Virus record (IMG/VR): IMGVR_UViG_2974655483_000001
Coordinates: 110,671 to 174,670 of that record
Length of the DNA: 64,000 nt
Reading direction: 5' to 3' (one strand)
Origin: a virus
Taxonomy: Duplodnaviria > Caudoviricetes
Shown: positions 27,388 to 37,466 of the stretch, in pieces
Numbering within the stretch: position 1 is the stretch's first letter
How the letters are laid out: each line of letters begins with the position of its first letter
Translations under genes and position numbers: made by a program
Notes under the pieces: model-generated
The model's input: only the letters and a program-made list of their open reading frames with translations
Told to the model about the DNA's origin: nothing
Database searches by the model: none

Positions 27388-29882
27388 GTTCGTTTTACAC
27401 CAACATTCAACTCGCTGGCGATACAATCTTGTATAGGGGATATGAAGACGGACAACCCGTCTCATATCGAACAAATTTCTCCCCAACACTGTATATTCTT
27501 TCTCGCAAAGAAGAAGAGTTTAAGACCCTAGAGGGTAAGAATGTATCGCCCATACAGTTTCAAACTTCTAGAGAAGCACGAAACTTCATTCAGCAATATG
27601 ATGGTGTTGAAGGGTTTGAAGTTCATGGATATGAGCGATTCGTATATCAATATATTCGTCGTGAGTTTCCTGATGAAGTCAACTATAACATCAGTCAGAT
27701 GAAAATCTATGCATTGGATATTGAGGTCCAGTGTGAGAATGGATTCCCTGATGCCGAAGCAGCAGCAGAAGAAATGCTATCCATCACCATTAAAGATATG
27801 GTGACAAAGAAGTATTATAGTTGGGCAACTCGGGAGTTTGAAGCACCTGAAGGTGTCGAGACACATATCTTCTGGACAGAACATGAAATGCTAAACCATT
27901 TTATTAATTGGTGGGTGCAAAATACTCCAGATATTTTGACGGGTTGGAATGTGAATCTTTATGATGTTCCATACATTGCTCGTCGGATTAGTCGTGTGCT
28001 AGGTGAGAAGTGGATGAAGAGTCTATCGCCCTGGAACCGTGCAAATGAGAGAGAAGTATATGTCAAGGGACGCAAAAATATTGCTTATGATATCTCTGGT
28101 GTCAACATTCTTGACTATCTCGATCTTTATCGTAAGTTTACATATACAAACCAAGAATCTTATCGTCTAGATCATATTGCTTTTGTTGAATTGGGTCAAA
28201 GAAAACTTGATCACTCTGAGTACGAAAACTTTAGAGATTTCTATACCAGTGATTGGCAGAAGTTTATGGAGTATAACATCCAAGACGTTGAGTTGATTGA
28301 CCGACTGGAAGATAAGATGAAGTTGTTGGAACTTGCCATCACTATGTCTTATGATGCTAAGGTAAACTTTGAAGATGTTTATAGTCAAGTCCGTATGTGG
28401 GACACGATGATCTATAATTATCTAACTGATAGAAAAACAGTTGTCCCCGCAAGGAAAGGTGCTAAGAAAGATGAAAAATACGCAGGAGCATATGTCAAGG
28501 AACCGATTCCTGGAAAGTATGATTGGGTGGTGTCTTTTGATCTCAACTCTCTGTATCCTCATCTTATCATGCAGTACAATATCTCGCCCGAAACCTTACT
28601 CGATGCGAGGCATCCAACAGCAACAGTTGATAAAATACTTAATCAAGAACTAGATATTGATGGGGAGTATTGTGTATGTGCTAACGGTGCTCAGTATCGT
28701 AAGGACATCCATGGGTTTCTACCTGAAATAATGCAGAAGATCTACGATGAACGAACCATTTACAAAAAGAGGATGCTTGCCGCTAAACAAAATCTTGAAC
28801 ATGCCACCACACCTGCAGAGACCGCATCATTACAAAAGGATGTGTCCAAGTTCAACAACATCCAAATGGCAAGAAAAATCCAACTCAACTCTGCCTATGG
28901 TGCCATTGGAAACCAATACTTCCGATACTACAATCTGGCAAATGCTGAGGCGATTACCCTCTCGGGTCAAGTCTCGATTAGATGGATTGAGGGAAAGGTA
29001 AATAGTTACTTAAACAAGTTACTTAAAACCGAGGATCATGATTATGTTATTGCCTCTGATACTGATAGCATCTACATCTGTCTTGATTTACTTGTCCGTT
29101 CTGTATTTCCTTCACAAGATGTTCCTCCAGAGAGGATTGTTGGATTCCTTGACTCCGCTTGCAAAGAAAGAATCGAACCCTTCATTGAAAAATCCTACCA
29201 AGAACTAGCAAATTACGTTAGTGCTTATGACCAGAAGATGGTCATGAAGAGAGAGAACATTGCAGACAAAGGTATCTGGACCGCTAAGAAACGATACATC
29301 CTTAATGTATGGGATAGTGAGGGAGTTCGTTATGAGAAACCTAAACTAAAAATCATGGGTTTGGAGGCAGTTAAGTCTTCTACTCCTGGTGCATGTCGCA
29401 CTGCAATTAAAGAATGTATGATTGTTATTGTCAATGAAACTGAAGAAGCAGCACAAAAATATATTGCTGACTTCAGAGACAAATTTTCTTCGTTGCCAGT
29501 TGAAGACATTTCATTCCCAAGGGGAGTTAACGGAATAAATAAATGGTCTAATCCAGCAACGATCTATAGTAAAGGCACACCAATTCATGTGCGTGGTGCG
29601 TTGCTTTATAACTTCCATAACAAGAAGAACAAACTAACTCACAAGTATCCTCTGATACAAGATGGAGATAAATTAAAGTTTGTTTACTTAAAGACTCCCA
29701 ACAAAATCGGTGAAAATGTTATTAGTTATTTGAACACATTTCCCAGAGAGTTAAAGCTTGACAAACAGGTAGACTATGACCTACAATTCTCAAAGTCTTT
29801 CCTAGACCCTATTAACGTTATTATGGATACGATTGGATGGAAATCAGAAAAAATAGCATCGCTGGAGTTCTTATTCGGATGA
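27384..29882 (+). CDS. g43: Family B DNA polymerase gp43
   Basis: DIE exonuclease motif, SFDLNSLYP, KIQLNSAYG, ASDTDS, KKRY. Confidence 0.99.
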   Translation: MSSFYTNIQLAGDTILYRGYEDGQPVSYRTNFSPTLYILSRKEEEFKTLEGKNVSPIQFQTSREARNFIQQYDGVEGFEVHGYERFVYQYIRREFPDEVNYNISQMKIYALDIEVQCENGFPDAEAAAEEMLSITIKDMVTKKYYSWATREFEAPEGVETHIFWTEHEMLNHFINWWVQNTPDILTGWNVNLYDVPYIARRISRVLGEKWMKSLSPWNRANEREVYVKGRKNIAYDISGVNILDYLDLYRKFTYTNQESYRLDHIAFVELGQRKLDHSEYENFRDFYTSDWQKFMEYNIQDVELIDRLEDKMKLLELAITMSYDAKVNFEDVYSQVRMWDTMIYNYLTDRKTVVPARKGAKKDEKYAGAYVKEPIPGKYDWVVSFDLNSLYPHLIMQYNISPETLLDARHPTATVDKILNQELDIDGEYCVCANGAQYRKDIHGFLPEIMQKIYDERTIYKKRMLAAKQNLEHATTPAETASLQKDVSKFNNIQMARKIQLNSAYGAIGNQYFRYYNLANAEAITLSGQVSIRWIEGKVNSYLNKLLKTEDHDYVIASDTDSIYICLDLLVRSVFPSQDVPPERIVGFLDSACKERIEPFIEKSYQELANYVSAYDQKMVMKRENIADKGIWTAKKRYILNVWDSEGVRYEKPKLKIMGLEAVKSSTPGACRTAIKECMIVIVNETEEAAQKYIADFRDKFSSLPVEDISFPRGVNGINKWSNPATIYSKGTPIHVRGALLYNFHNKKNKLTHKYPLIQDGDKLKFVYLKTPNKIGENVISYLNTFPRELKLDKQVDYDLQFSKSFLDPINVIMDTIGWKSEKIASLEFLFG

Positions 29883-30037
29883 AACAGACAAAGTTTATTG
29901 TAACCTATCAGAAAGCATTCAGTGCTGGTGCTGCCAGAGAAGAAAAACTTTTTGATGAATTGAAAGATGCCCAATGGTTTGAGCGTGCTATGAAACGGTC
30001 ACAACACATCACAACATTATTAGAGGTTAAAGAGTGA
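29879..30037 (+). CDS. 52-aa hypothetical protein
   Basis: ATGA/GTGA-coupled between g43 and uvsX. Confidence 0.65.
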   Translation: MKQTKFIVTYQKAFSAGAAREEKLFDELKDAQWFERAMKRSQHITTLLEVKE

Positions 30038-31044
30038 ATTTTCTTAAAGAAGTAGTAAAGGAGATTGACAATGAATATGCAGGATTGGTCAGCGACGGTG
30101 TTGCTGCAGGAGATACCAGTGGTTTCATTGATACTGGCAGTTATATCTTTAACGCTTTGGTATCTGGCTCAGTCTATGGTGGTGTCCCAGGAAATAAGAT
30201 TACCGCTATTGCAGGAGAGTCGTCTACTGGCAAAACTTTCTTTTGCCTTGGGATTGTACAGCATTTTCTCGACAGTAATCCTGATGCAGGTGTAATTTAT
30301 TTTGAATCTGAATCTGCTATTTCTAAGCAGATGATTGAGGATCGTGGTATTGCATCAGACCGTATGATGATTGTACCTGTATCTACCATTGAAGAATTTC
30401 GTACACAGTCTTGTCGTATTCTTGACAAGTATATGGAGCAGAAGGAAGATGAACGTAAACCTTTGATGTTTGTTCTTGATTCCTTAGGTATGCTTGCTAG
30501 TAACAAGGAAGTAGAGGATGTAGCGAACGATAAGCAAGTTCGTGATATGACTAAGAGTCAGTTGATTAAAGGTGCCTTCAGGGTCCTTACACTCAAACTA
30601 GGCAAGGCAAATGTACCTATGCTGGTCACCAACCATACCTATGATGTCATTGGTTCCTATGTGCCCATGAAAGAAATGGGTGGCGGTAGTGGTCTCAAGT
30701 ATGCATCTTCTACTATCATCTATCTGTCTAAGAAGAAAGAGAAGGATGGCACAGATGTTGTTGGTAACATCATCAAATGTAAAGCACAGAAGTCACGTTT
30801 GACCAAAGAGAATAGTCAGATTGAAACTCGTTTATATTATGATCGTGGTCTTGACAAATACTATGGACTCTTAGAACTTGGTGAGAAGTATGGGATGTGG
30901 AAAAATGTTGCTGGTCGATATGAAATGAACGGTAAGAAAGTCTATGCCAAGGCAATCTTAAAAGATCCAGAAACATATTTCACTGAGGAAGTAATGCAAG
31001 CACTGGATGAAGCAGCAGCAAAGGAGTTCCGTTATGGCAGCTAA
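30034..31044 (+). CDS. uvsX: RecA-like recombinase UvsX
   Basis: [26 protein letters not shown]. Confidence 0.96.
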   Translation: MNFLKEVVKEIDNEYAGLVSDGVAAGDTSGFIDTGSYIFNALVSGSVYGGVPGNKITAIAGESSTGKTFFCLGIVQHFLDSNPDAGVIYFESESAISKQMIEDRGIASDRMMIVPVSTIEEFRTQSCRILDKYMEQKEDERKPLMFVLDSLGMLASNKEVEDVANDKQVRDMTKSQLIKGAFRVLTLKLGKANVPMLVTNHTYDVIGSYVPMKEMGGGSGLKYASSTIIYLSKKKEKDGTDVVGNIIKCKAQKSRLTKENSQIETRLYYDRGLDKYYGLLELGEKYGMWKNVAGRYEMNGKKVYAKAILKDPETYFTEEVMQALDEAAAKEFRYGS

Positions 31045-31600
31045 ACTTGTAGATTATATCAAAACTTATAATGGATTGGTTGATGAACAGTTTTGCAAAA
31101 ATGTAATTGAAACATTTAGTAAATCTAATGGCGAATATATTGATAACAACCAGCGACCTTCCTTTACGGAATTAAATATATCTCGTCGTTTTTTGGATAA
31201 AGATCCTAACTGGATTGATATCCAAAATAATTTGACTAAGGTATTCATTGATGCAGTAGAACTGTACATGGATGATTTGGATTCAGGTCCAGACTTCCCT
31301 GAAAAGTATGCATTTGAGGAACATCGTCTCAAGATGTATCACCCCAATGGATATGATCAGTTTAAAGACCATGTTGATGTTGGAGATTATAAGTCTGCTA
31401 GGAGATTTCTAGTTTGCTTTCTATACTTGAATACTGTGTCTGAAGGAGGGGAGACATCTTTTCCTAAACTTGACTACCAAATTGCTCCAGAGTGTGCTAA
31501 GATACTAGTGTTCCCTGCTACCTGGCAGTGGAGGCACGCGGGTCTTCCTACAGTCTCCGAGAACAAGTACATCGTTGGAACCTACCTGCATTACGTTTAA
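31034..31600 (+). CDS. 2OG-Fe(II) oxygenase
   Basis: [33 protein letters not shown]. Confidence 0.9.
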   Translation: MAAKLVDYIKTYNGLVDEQFCKNVIETFSKSNGEYIDNNQRPSFTELNISRRFLDKDPNWIDIQNNLTKVFIDAVELYMDDLDSGPDFPEKYAFEEHRLKMYHPNGYDQFKDHVDVGDYKSARRFLVCFLYLNTVSEGGETSFPKLDYQIAPECAKILVFPATWQWRHAGLPTVSENKYIVGTYLHYV

Positions 31601-32985
31601 TGAATTTAGAAGTAACCATTCTCAGTAACCTCATCTATAACGAGAGGTATACACGCAAGGTACTTCCTTTCATCAAGTCAGACTATTTTACTGCTCGTGA
31701 ACATAAGATTATCTTCTTAGAGATTCATGAGTACGTTAGTCAATATGATGCGTGTCCCAGTCTGAATGCAATTGGTATAGAATGTCAGGAACGAATTGAT
31801 CTTACTGAAGATCAGTTTAAAGAAATTATTGGAGTTTTAAATGTCCTTTCCGATGATCCCTCGGACTACGATTGGCTCGTTGATACTACAGAAAAGTGGT
31901 GTCAGGAGCGTGCGATTTACTTATCTCTTATGGAATCTGTCAAGATTGCTGACGGGCAAGATTCCAAGAAAGATAAAGGTGCTATCCCTTCGATTCTTTC
32001 GGAGGCACTTGGAGTATCCTTCGACCAACATGTAGGACATGATTATGTCTCGGATTCAGAATCCCGATACGAATACTATCACAGGAAAGAAGGTAAGATC
32101 CCTTTCGACCTCTCGCTCTTCAACAAAATCACAAAGGGTGGTCTACCTAACAAGACTCTTAATATTGCACTCGCTGGCACTGGTGTAGGTAAGAGTTTGT
32201 TTATGTGTCATGTTGCTTCTGCTGCATTACTTCAAGGTAAAAATGTTTTATACATTACAATGGAGATGGCAGAGGAAAAGATTGCAGAACGAATTGATGC
32301 TAATCTTCTTAACATTCCAATCCAGCAACTTGGTGATCTTCCGAAAGTAATGTTCGATAAGAAGATTGCAAGTCTTGCTAAGAAAACTCAAGGCAAGTTA
32401 ATTATCAAAGAATATCCTACTGCTTCTGCTCATGTTGGACATTTTAAGTCTCTTGTTTCTGATCTTGCTCTTAAGCGGAGCATTAAACCCGATATTATCT
32501 TTGTGGATTACCTTAATATCTGTGCTTCCCAGAGATATAAAGGGAGCATTGTCAACTCCTACACCTACGTCAAAGCAATCGCAGAAGAACTTAGGGGTTT
32601 TGCTGTGGAGTGTGACGTTCCTATTATCAGTGCTACGCAGACCACTCGTTCAGGTTTTGGTAGCACTGATGTTGACCTTACTGATACTTCTGAATCCTTC
32701 GGACTCCCTGCTACTGCTGATCTTATGTTTGCCCTTATTAGTACGGAGGAGCTTGAGGGCATGAATCAATTGATGGTCAAGCAATTGAAGAATAGATACA
32801 ATGATACAAACTCGTTCAAGAGATTTTGTATAGGTATTGACAGAGCGAAGATGAGGTTGTATGATGTTGAGGAATCTGCTCAAGACGACCTTGTTAATTC
32901 TGGACAAGGCACCGAACCTCAACAGATTGATTTAGTTAAAAAATTTACTGCCAAGAAAACATTTCAAGATCTTAAGTATGATTGA
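31600..32985 (+). CDS. g41: Replicative helicase gp41 (DnaB-like)
   Basis: LAGTGVGKS, EMAEE, DYLNI, SATQTTRSG, QLKNRY. Confidence 0.97.
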   Translation: MNLEVTILSNLIYNERYTRKVLPFIKSDYFTAREHKIIFLEIHEYVSQYDACPSLNAIGIECQERIDLTEDQFKEIIGVLNVLSDDPSDYDWLVDTTEKWCQERAIYLSLMESVKIADGQDSKKDKGAIPSILSEALGVSFDQHVGHDYVSDSESRYEYYHRKEGKIPFDLSLFNKITKGGLPNKTLNIALAGTGVGKSLFMCHVASAALLQGKNVLYITMEMAEEKIAERIDANLLNIPIQQLGDLPKVMFDKKIASLAKKTQGKLIIKEYPTASAHVGHFKSLVSDLALKRSIKPDIIFVDYLNICASQRYKGSIVNSYTYVKAIAEELRGFAVECDVPIISATQTTRSGFGSTDVDLTDTSESFGLPATADLMFALISTEELEGMNQLMVKQLKNRYNDTNSFKRFCIGIDRAKMRLYDVEESAQDDLVNSGQGTEPQQIDLVKKFTAKKTFQDLKYD

Positions 32986-33379
32986 TTTTATTAAGTATGC
33001 CCAATTTGTATCTGCGGTCACGTCGCAAGAAAGCAAAGACTATACTAGTTTTGCCAACCGAGTCTATGAACTCGCAGAAGATGGTGTTCCTACCGAGCGA
33101 TTGCTTACTGCTTCTGTAGGTCTTTGTGCAGAGTCTGGTGAGTTTACTGAGATTGTAAAGAAGATGGTCTTCCAAGGAAAACCTGCTAGTGAAGAAAACT
33201 TCTATCATATGAAGCGCGAACTAGGCGACATCATGTGGTACTTTATGCAAGCATGTTTGGCACTAGATGTTTCTCCCGAAGAGATTGTTGAAATGAATGT
33301 AGAGAAACTCAAAGCACGCTACCCTGGTGGTGAGTTTGATGTTCGCTACTCCGAAAATCGTAAGCAAGGAGACCTCTGA
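32978..33379 (+). CDS. mazG: MazG-like NTP pyrophosphohydrolase
   Basis: GLCAESGEFTEIVKK, RELGDIMWY, NVEKLKARY. Confidence 0.93.
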   Translation: MIDFIKYAQFVSAVTSQESKDYTSFANRVYELAEDGVPTERLLTASVGLCAESGEFTEIVKKMVFQGKPASEENFYHMKRELGDIMWYFMQACLALDVSPEEIVEMNVEKLKARYPGGEFDVRYSENRKQGDL

Positions 33380-33498
33380 TGGACGGAGCAGTACACGCTT
33401 GGAACACCATGTCATACGGGGAGGGGTTCCTCTTCTCCGTCTGGATCTTGGGAATGTATTATGTCAAACTACAAATGGATAAGAGGTTTGGACGATGA
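33379..33498 (+). CDS. 39-aa hydrophobic hypothetical protein
   Basis: AGGAG RBS, TGATG coupling; MDGAVHAWNTMSYGEGFLFSVWILGMYYVKLQMDKRFGR. Confidence 0.65.
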   Translation: MDGAVHAWNTMSYGEGFLFSVWILGMYYVKLQMDKRFGR

Positions 33499-33836
33499 AT
33501 TTTACACAAGAAGATCTGTGGCAACAGATTGCAACCCTTGGATGGGATGTTAGACACGATAAGATTGTGATTGAACTTGGTGGCACAGTAGTTTCTGGAA
33601 TCCATCAAGGAGAAAATTACAATAAGAAGTGGGCATCTCCTTTTGGACATCGTAAGTACAATAAGGATGCGTTCATTGTTCTTAAAAATCTATCTCGAAA
33701 TGACGATACAAAATCACAACCTTTAGACAGAGAGCACAAACCTCATCATGGAACCCCAACTACCGCAACGACAACCCGAGACACCCCAACAGAAGAGGCA
33801 GTTTCGTCAGACAGTAGTGCAAACACAACTGAATAA
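33495..33836 (+). CDS. Hypothetical protein
   Basis: ATGA-coupled ORF. Confidence 0.7.
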   Translation: MNFTQEDLWQQIATLGWDVRHDKIVIELGGTVVSGIHQGENYNKKWASPFGHRKYNKDAFIVLKNLSRNDDTKSQPLDREHKPHHGTPTTATTTRDTPTEEAVSSDSSANTTE

Positions 33837-33951
33837 CATTTGTCAATGTGTAAGTGGTAAATGGTATAGAACTCATTACTGGGATCCTGAAGGAAACCGA
33901 ACGGATAAATTTGTTATTGAGTTTCCACCTGAAGAGTTTGATGACGTTTGA
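33748..33951 (+). CDS. Hypothetical protein
   Basis: Fills the gap before the next TGATG-coupled ORF. Confidence 0.55.
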   Translation: MEPQLPQRQPETPQQKRQFRQTVVQTQLNNICQCVSGKWYRTHYWDPEGNRTDKFVIEFPPEEFDDV

Positions 33952-34157
33952 TGCTTAGTCTTTGGATTCACATACGAGCATTCTTTGCTGTTGTAGTGGT
34001 GAGTTGTTCTCATCCTGTCAACTGGGCACAGTGTGTTCGTGTGGACCAATGGTTATTGCCTGAGGTTGTTCAGGGATATAAACTATGGACAGGGCAGGAA
34101 AAAATCTATGAAAAAGAAGAGCAGTATCTAAATAGTTTGGATGATTCCATAGAGTAA
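33951..34157 (+). CDS. Hypothetical protein
   Basis: Hydrophobic N-terminus, C..P.NW..C..VDQW pattern. Confidence 0.65.
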   Translation: MLSLWIHIRAFFAVVVVSCSHPVNWAQCVRVDQWLLPEVVQGYKLWTGQEKIYEKEEQYLNSLDDSIE

Positions 34158-34158
34158 G

Positions 34159-35331
34159 ATGGCAACTAACGCTAAAGAAACTGCCAAGCAGGAAAATGGA
34201 TCTAGGTATTTCTTTGAGTCGGTAATTGAGAGAGGTAAAGAACCTACTGATGCTGAAATGAAAAAAGTATATGATGGGTTCGGTCCAGAATGGAGAGCAA
34301 CATATACAAAACAAACCGCAGCATTAAAAAAATATTTGGGTAGTAGTAAAGGGTATGAATATTCCAGAGACAATGGAATAATGCCTTACATTGAAGAAAT
34401 TGCTAAGAAAGAATGTGGTGTATCTGTGAAGGACCGTTGGAATCCTATGGATATTGTTCTTGTTAAAAAGAGTTTGAAGAATGTTGTGCAAGGTACAATT
34501 CGTGAGTTAACAAATATTGATGGTATGTCTAAGGATGCTAAACTTACTCTCCTTAATGCTTATATGAGAGATGCTCTTAAGGAAAAAGTTTTGATTGGTG
34601 TTTCTCTAAAAGCAATTGCAGCAAAAAAGAAAACTGCATCTGCTGAAGTTGCAAATGCAGGTGGGAAAGGTGGACAACCTGCTCAAATTGATGCAGTGAA
34701 AGGATCTTTAAAATGCACATTAACTCTAGGGAAGAAAAAGAATTACTTGTTTGATACAGGTGAACTTGGATTTGACATGCAAACTCAGAAGGGTGGACAA
34801 ATCCATGGTCAATCTAGAAACTTTCAATATTCTAAAGAAAGAAATCTTGTACAGACCGACCTAACACCTAAGGGTAAGGATGCTGGTGCTAAGTTAGGAA
34901 AGGTATCGAGTGTTGCTTTGGATAAGTTTCTAGGTAGTTTGAATCTTGAGCGTCCAACTTCAGCGGCAAAGCATCGTCACATTCCAGCTGTAGGTAAGTG
35001 GAATGATGCTGATAAAAAATATTGGATTAGTTTGTATAATAAGTTAAAGAATACTGGCGTTGATTTTGGTGAGGTTGCTGTATATGAAAACAATCAAAAA
35101 GTTGCTGAGGGATTTGAATCGGTTTTAGACTACGCAATTAACTATGAAACTCAAAAAGCAGATAGAAGTTCTGGTGGTAGATTTTCTTCTAAACTAATTG
35201 CTATGGAATGGGCACACATATGGGTGCAGATTGAAAAGAAAAAGAAGACTAGAGAGTGGTGTACTTCTTTATATTATGGTGCTAAGAAAGAATTTGGAGA
35301 CTCTAACGGACCTTTCCTCAAGATCTACTGA
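34159..35331 (+). CDS. Putative PD-(D/E)XK-like endonuclease
   Basis: DRWNPMDIVLV...LIGVSLK pattern; basic; CTAAATA upstream. Confidence 0.55.
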   Translation: MATNAKETAKQENGSRYFFESVIERGKEPTDAEMKKVYDGFGPEWRATYTKQTAALKKYLGSSKGYEYSRDNGIMPYIEEIAKKECGVSVKDRWNPMDIVLVKKSLKNVVQGTIRELTNIDGMSKDAKLTLLNAYMRDALKEKVLIGVSLKAIAAKKKTASAEVANAGGKGGQPAQIDAVKGSLKCTLTLGKKKNYLFDTGELGFDMQTQKGGQIHGQSRNFQYSKERNLVQTDLTPKGKDAGAKLGKVSSVALDKFLGSLNLERPTSAAKHRHIPAVGKWNDADKKYWISLYNKLKNTGVDFGEVAVYENNQKVAEGFESVLDYAINYETQKADRSSGGRFSSKLIAMEWAHIWVQIEKKKKTREWCTSLYYGAKKEFGDSNGPFLKIY

Positions 35332-35406
35332 CACCCTAAGAACTGGCACAACCCTGGTTGCAACTGCCTTCTGCCATGCTATAATATGTGTATAGACAGA
35401 GGACGG

Positions 35407-36303
35407 ATGCCAAACAAACACCTGGAGCACCTAGAGGATTCCATCTTTGATGGTCGTCGGGTTGCTCTTGCTGCTGTCAAGGAGGCACTGACTGTCAAGA
35501 AGGTCAGCGTCAAGTGGGATGGTGCTCCTGCTATCGTGTTCGGCACTAACCCTGCCAATGGTCAGTTCTTTGTGGGCACCAAGTCTGTATTCAACAAAAA
35601 GAAAGTTCTAATCAACTACACCTATGAGGACATTGAGACGAATCATAAAGGGAACGTTGCAGATATCCTTCGCTTATGTCTGCGTCATCTTCCTCGTATC
35701 AGTGGTATTATCCAAGCTGATTGGATCGGTGTCGGTGGCGGCAGTGTTTATTGCCCTAATACTGTGGAGTATCGCTTTGCCACTCCGATTGCTCAACAAA
35801 TTATTCTAGCACCACACACTTCTTATACTGAGGTATCACCTAATGCAAATGCAAAACTCGGTGTCACTTTACAATCTACTAATAGTGTTCGATTCATTGA
35901 TACTAATGATGCAATTGTTGGTAAGTGGTCTGCAGTAAAACTTGTTGCTGAGATTGTTGCTCTGATTCCTTTCTGTAAGATTGCTAAGAGTGCAGAACTC
36001 AAGAAGCATGTCAATACATTTATTCGTATGGGTGAGATACCCAGTCCTGAAATGATGTTCAATGTCTTCAATGCTAAATATAAAGGTGAGGTTAATCTGA
36101 CCACCTTTATGGTGTGGCATAAAATCTTCCAACTGAAACAGCATCTACTTAATGCGGTTGTACCTAATGATAATGTTGAGTGTTTCATTGATGGCAATCT
36201 TTCTTTGCATGAAGGATTTGTTATCCCCTCAAACAACCCATACAAACTTGTAGATAGACTGACTTTTAGTAAAGCAAACTTTAACTTAAATAAAACTTGG
36301 TAG
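35407..36303 (+). CDS. Ligase-fold nucleotidyltransferase-like protein (DUF6267-like)
   Basis: HLEHLED, VKWDGAP (KxDG), EGFV, KLVDR..FS.ANF; early-type promoter at 35341-35385. Confidence 0.75.
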   Translation: MPNKHLEHLEDSIFDGRRVALAAVKEALTVKKVSVKWDGAPAIVFGTNPANGQFFVGTKSVFNKKKVLINYTYEDIETNHKGNVADILRLCLRHLPRISGIIQADWIGVGGGSVYCPNTVEYRFATPIAQQIILAPHTSYTEVSPNANAKLGVTLQSTNSVRFIDTNDAIVGKWSAVKLVAEIVALIPFCKIAKSAELKKHVNTFIRMGEIPSPEMMFNVFNAKYKGEVNLTTFMVWHKIFQLKQHLLNAVVPNDNVECFIDGNLSLHEGFVIPSNNPYKLVDRLTFSKANFNLNKTW

Positions 36304-36304
36304 A

Positions 36305-37462
36305 ATGAAAAAGTTCAGTGCTTTCCTAACTGAAGCCGAAAAATCATTTGCAGCAAAGTCTGCACAAACATTAAAATTAAAACATGTAGGTTACGGACGT
36401 TATGCCGACGCTTCGGGCAACGTAACTCACATGTCGAAGGATGGTAAACTTGTAAAAGTTGACCCCCAAAATCCCGACATTACGCCGAATCAACAGAATG
36501 GAGAAGAAGAAACTGGAGACGGCTCGGGTGCGGTCGATCAAGGCACAATATCTATTACATTTGGAAGATTTAATCCACCTACGGTTGGGCATGAGAAACT
36601 TCTAGCAAAAGTAGCTAGAGAGGCAAAATCAAATGGAGGAGAGTATAGAATATACCCCTCAAGGTCGGAGGATCCTAAGAAGAATCCCCTTGACGCAGGC
36701 ACTAAAATTAAATATATGCGGATGGCATATCCCGATCACGCGAACGCGATTGTTGACAATGGGGACATGCGTACTATCTTTGATGTTCTTACCGCCCTCG
36801 ATTCTGACGGGTATAGCAGCGTTAACATTGTGGTGGGAGGTGACAGGGTTAGCGAGTTCAACAGTCTTGCACAGAAATATAACGGAGAGTTATATACATT
36901 CGACGAAATCAAAGTAACCTCTGCAGGAGAAAGAGACCCTGATGCTGAAGGTGTAGAAGGTATGTCTGCATCTAAGATGCGTAAGGCAGCAGCAGAAGAT
37001 GACTTTGATGCATTTAGTCAAGGTACTCCAGAAGGTCTTGGTAAGGATGGTTCTGAGAAGTTATTTTTAACACTGCGACAAGCAATGAAAGTTGAAGAGT
37101 ATGGAGACTTTGCTGATGCATCGTTTCAATTGTATGAGATTGCACCAAAGTTGGATCCTAAAGGTATGCGTGAAGCATACTTCGACAATAAAATGTTTCC
37201 AGTAGGAACTTTTGTTGAAAATGTAAATACTGGTATTCTTGGTAAAGTTGTTAGTAGAGGTAGTAACTATATCATCTATATTGATGAGCAGGAATCTGTT
37301 TATAGAGGATGGTTCAAGGATTTAATTGAAAGAAATGATATTAAATTCTTTAACTTTACACCTGCTGGAGAGATGGGTACAGATAAACTTGCTAACTATA
37401 TGAGAAAACTTACCCCTGGTGAGTTTATTAGGAAGATAAATAAAAAGGACAAGGACGCTTAG
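36305..37462 (+). CDS. Cytidylyltransferase-family (HIGH) nucleotidyltransferase
   Basis: FGRFNPPTVGH, VVGGDR, MSASKMR; N-terminal MKKFSAFLTE. Confidence 0.85.
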   Translation: MKKFSAFLTEAEKSFAAKSAQTLKLKHVGYGRYADASGNVTHMSKDGKLVKVDPQNPDITPNQQNGEEETGDGSGAVDQGTISITFGRFNPPTVGHEKLLAKVAREAKSNGGEYRIYPSRSEDPKKNPLDAGTKIKYMRMAYPDHANAIVDNGDMRTIFDVLTALDSDGYSSVNIVVGGDRVSEFNSLAQKYNGELYTFDEIKVTSAGERDPDAEGVEGMSASKMRKAAAEDDFDAFSQGTPEGLGKDGSEKLFLTLRQAMKVEEYGDFADASFQLYEIAPKLDPKGMREAYFDNKMFPVGTFVENVNTGILGKVVSRGSNYIIYIDEQESVYRGWFKDLIERNDIKFFNFTPAGEMGTDKLANYMRKLTPGEFIRKINKKDKDA

Positions 37463-37466
37463 TAAA

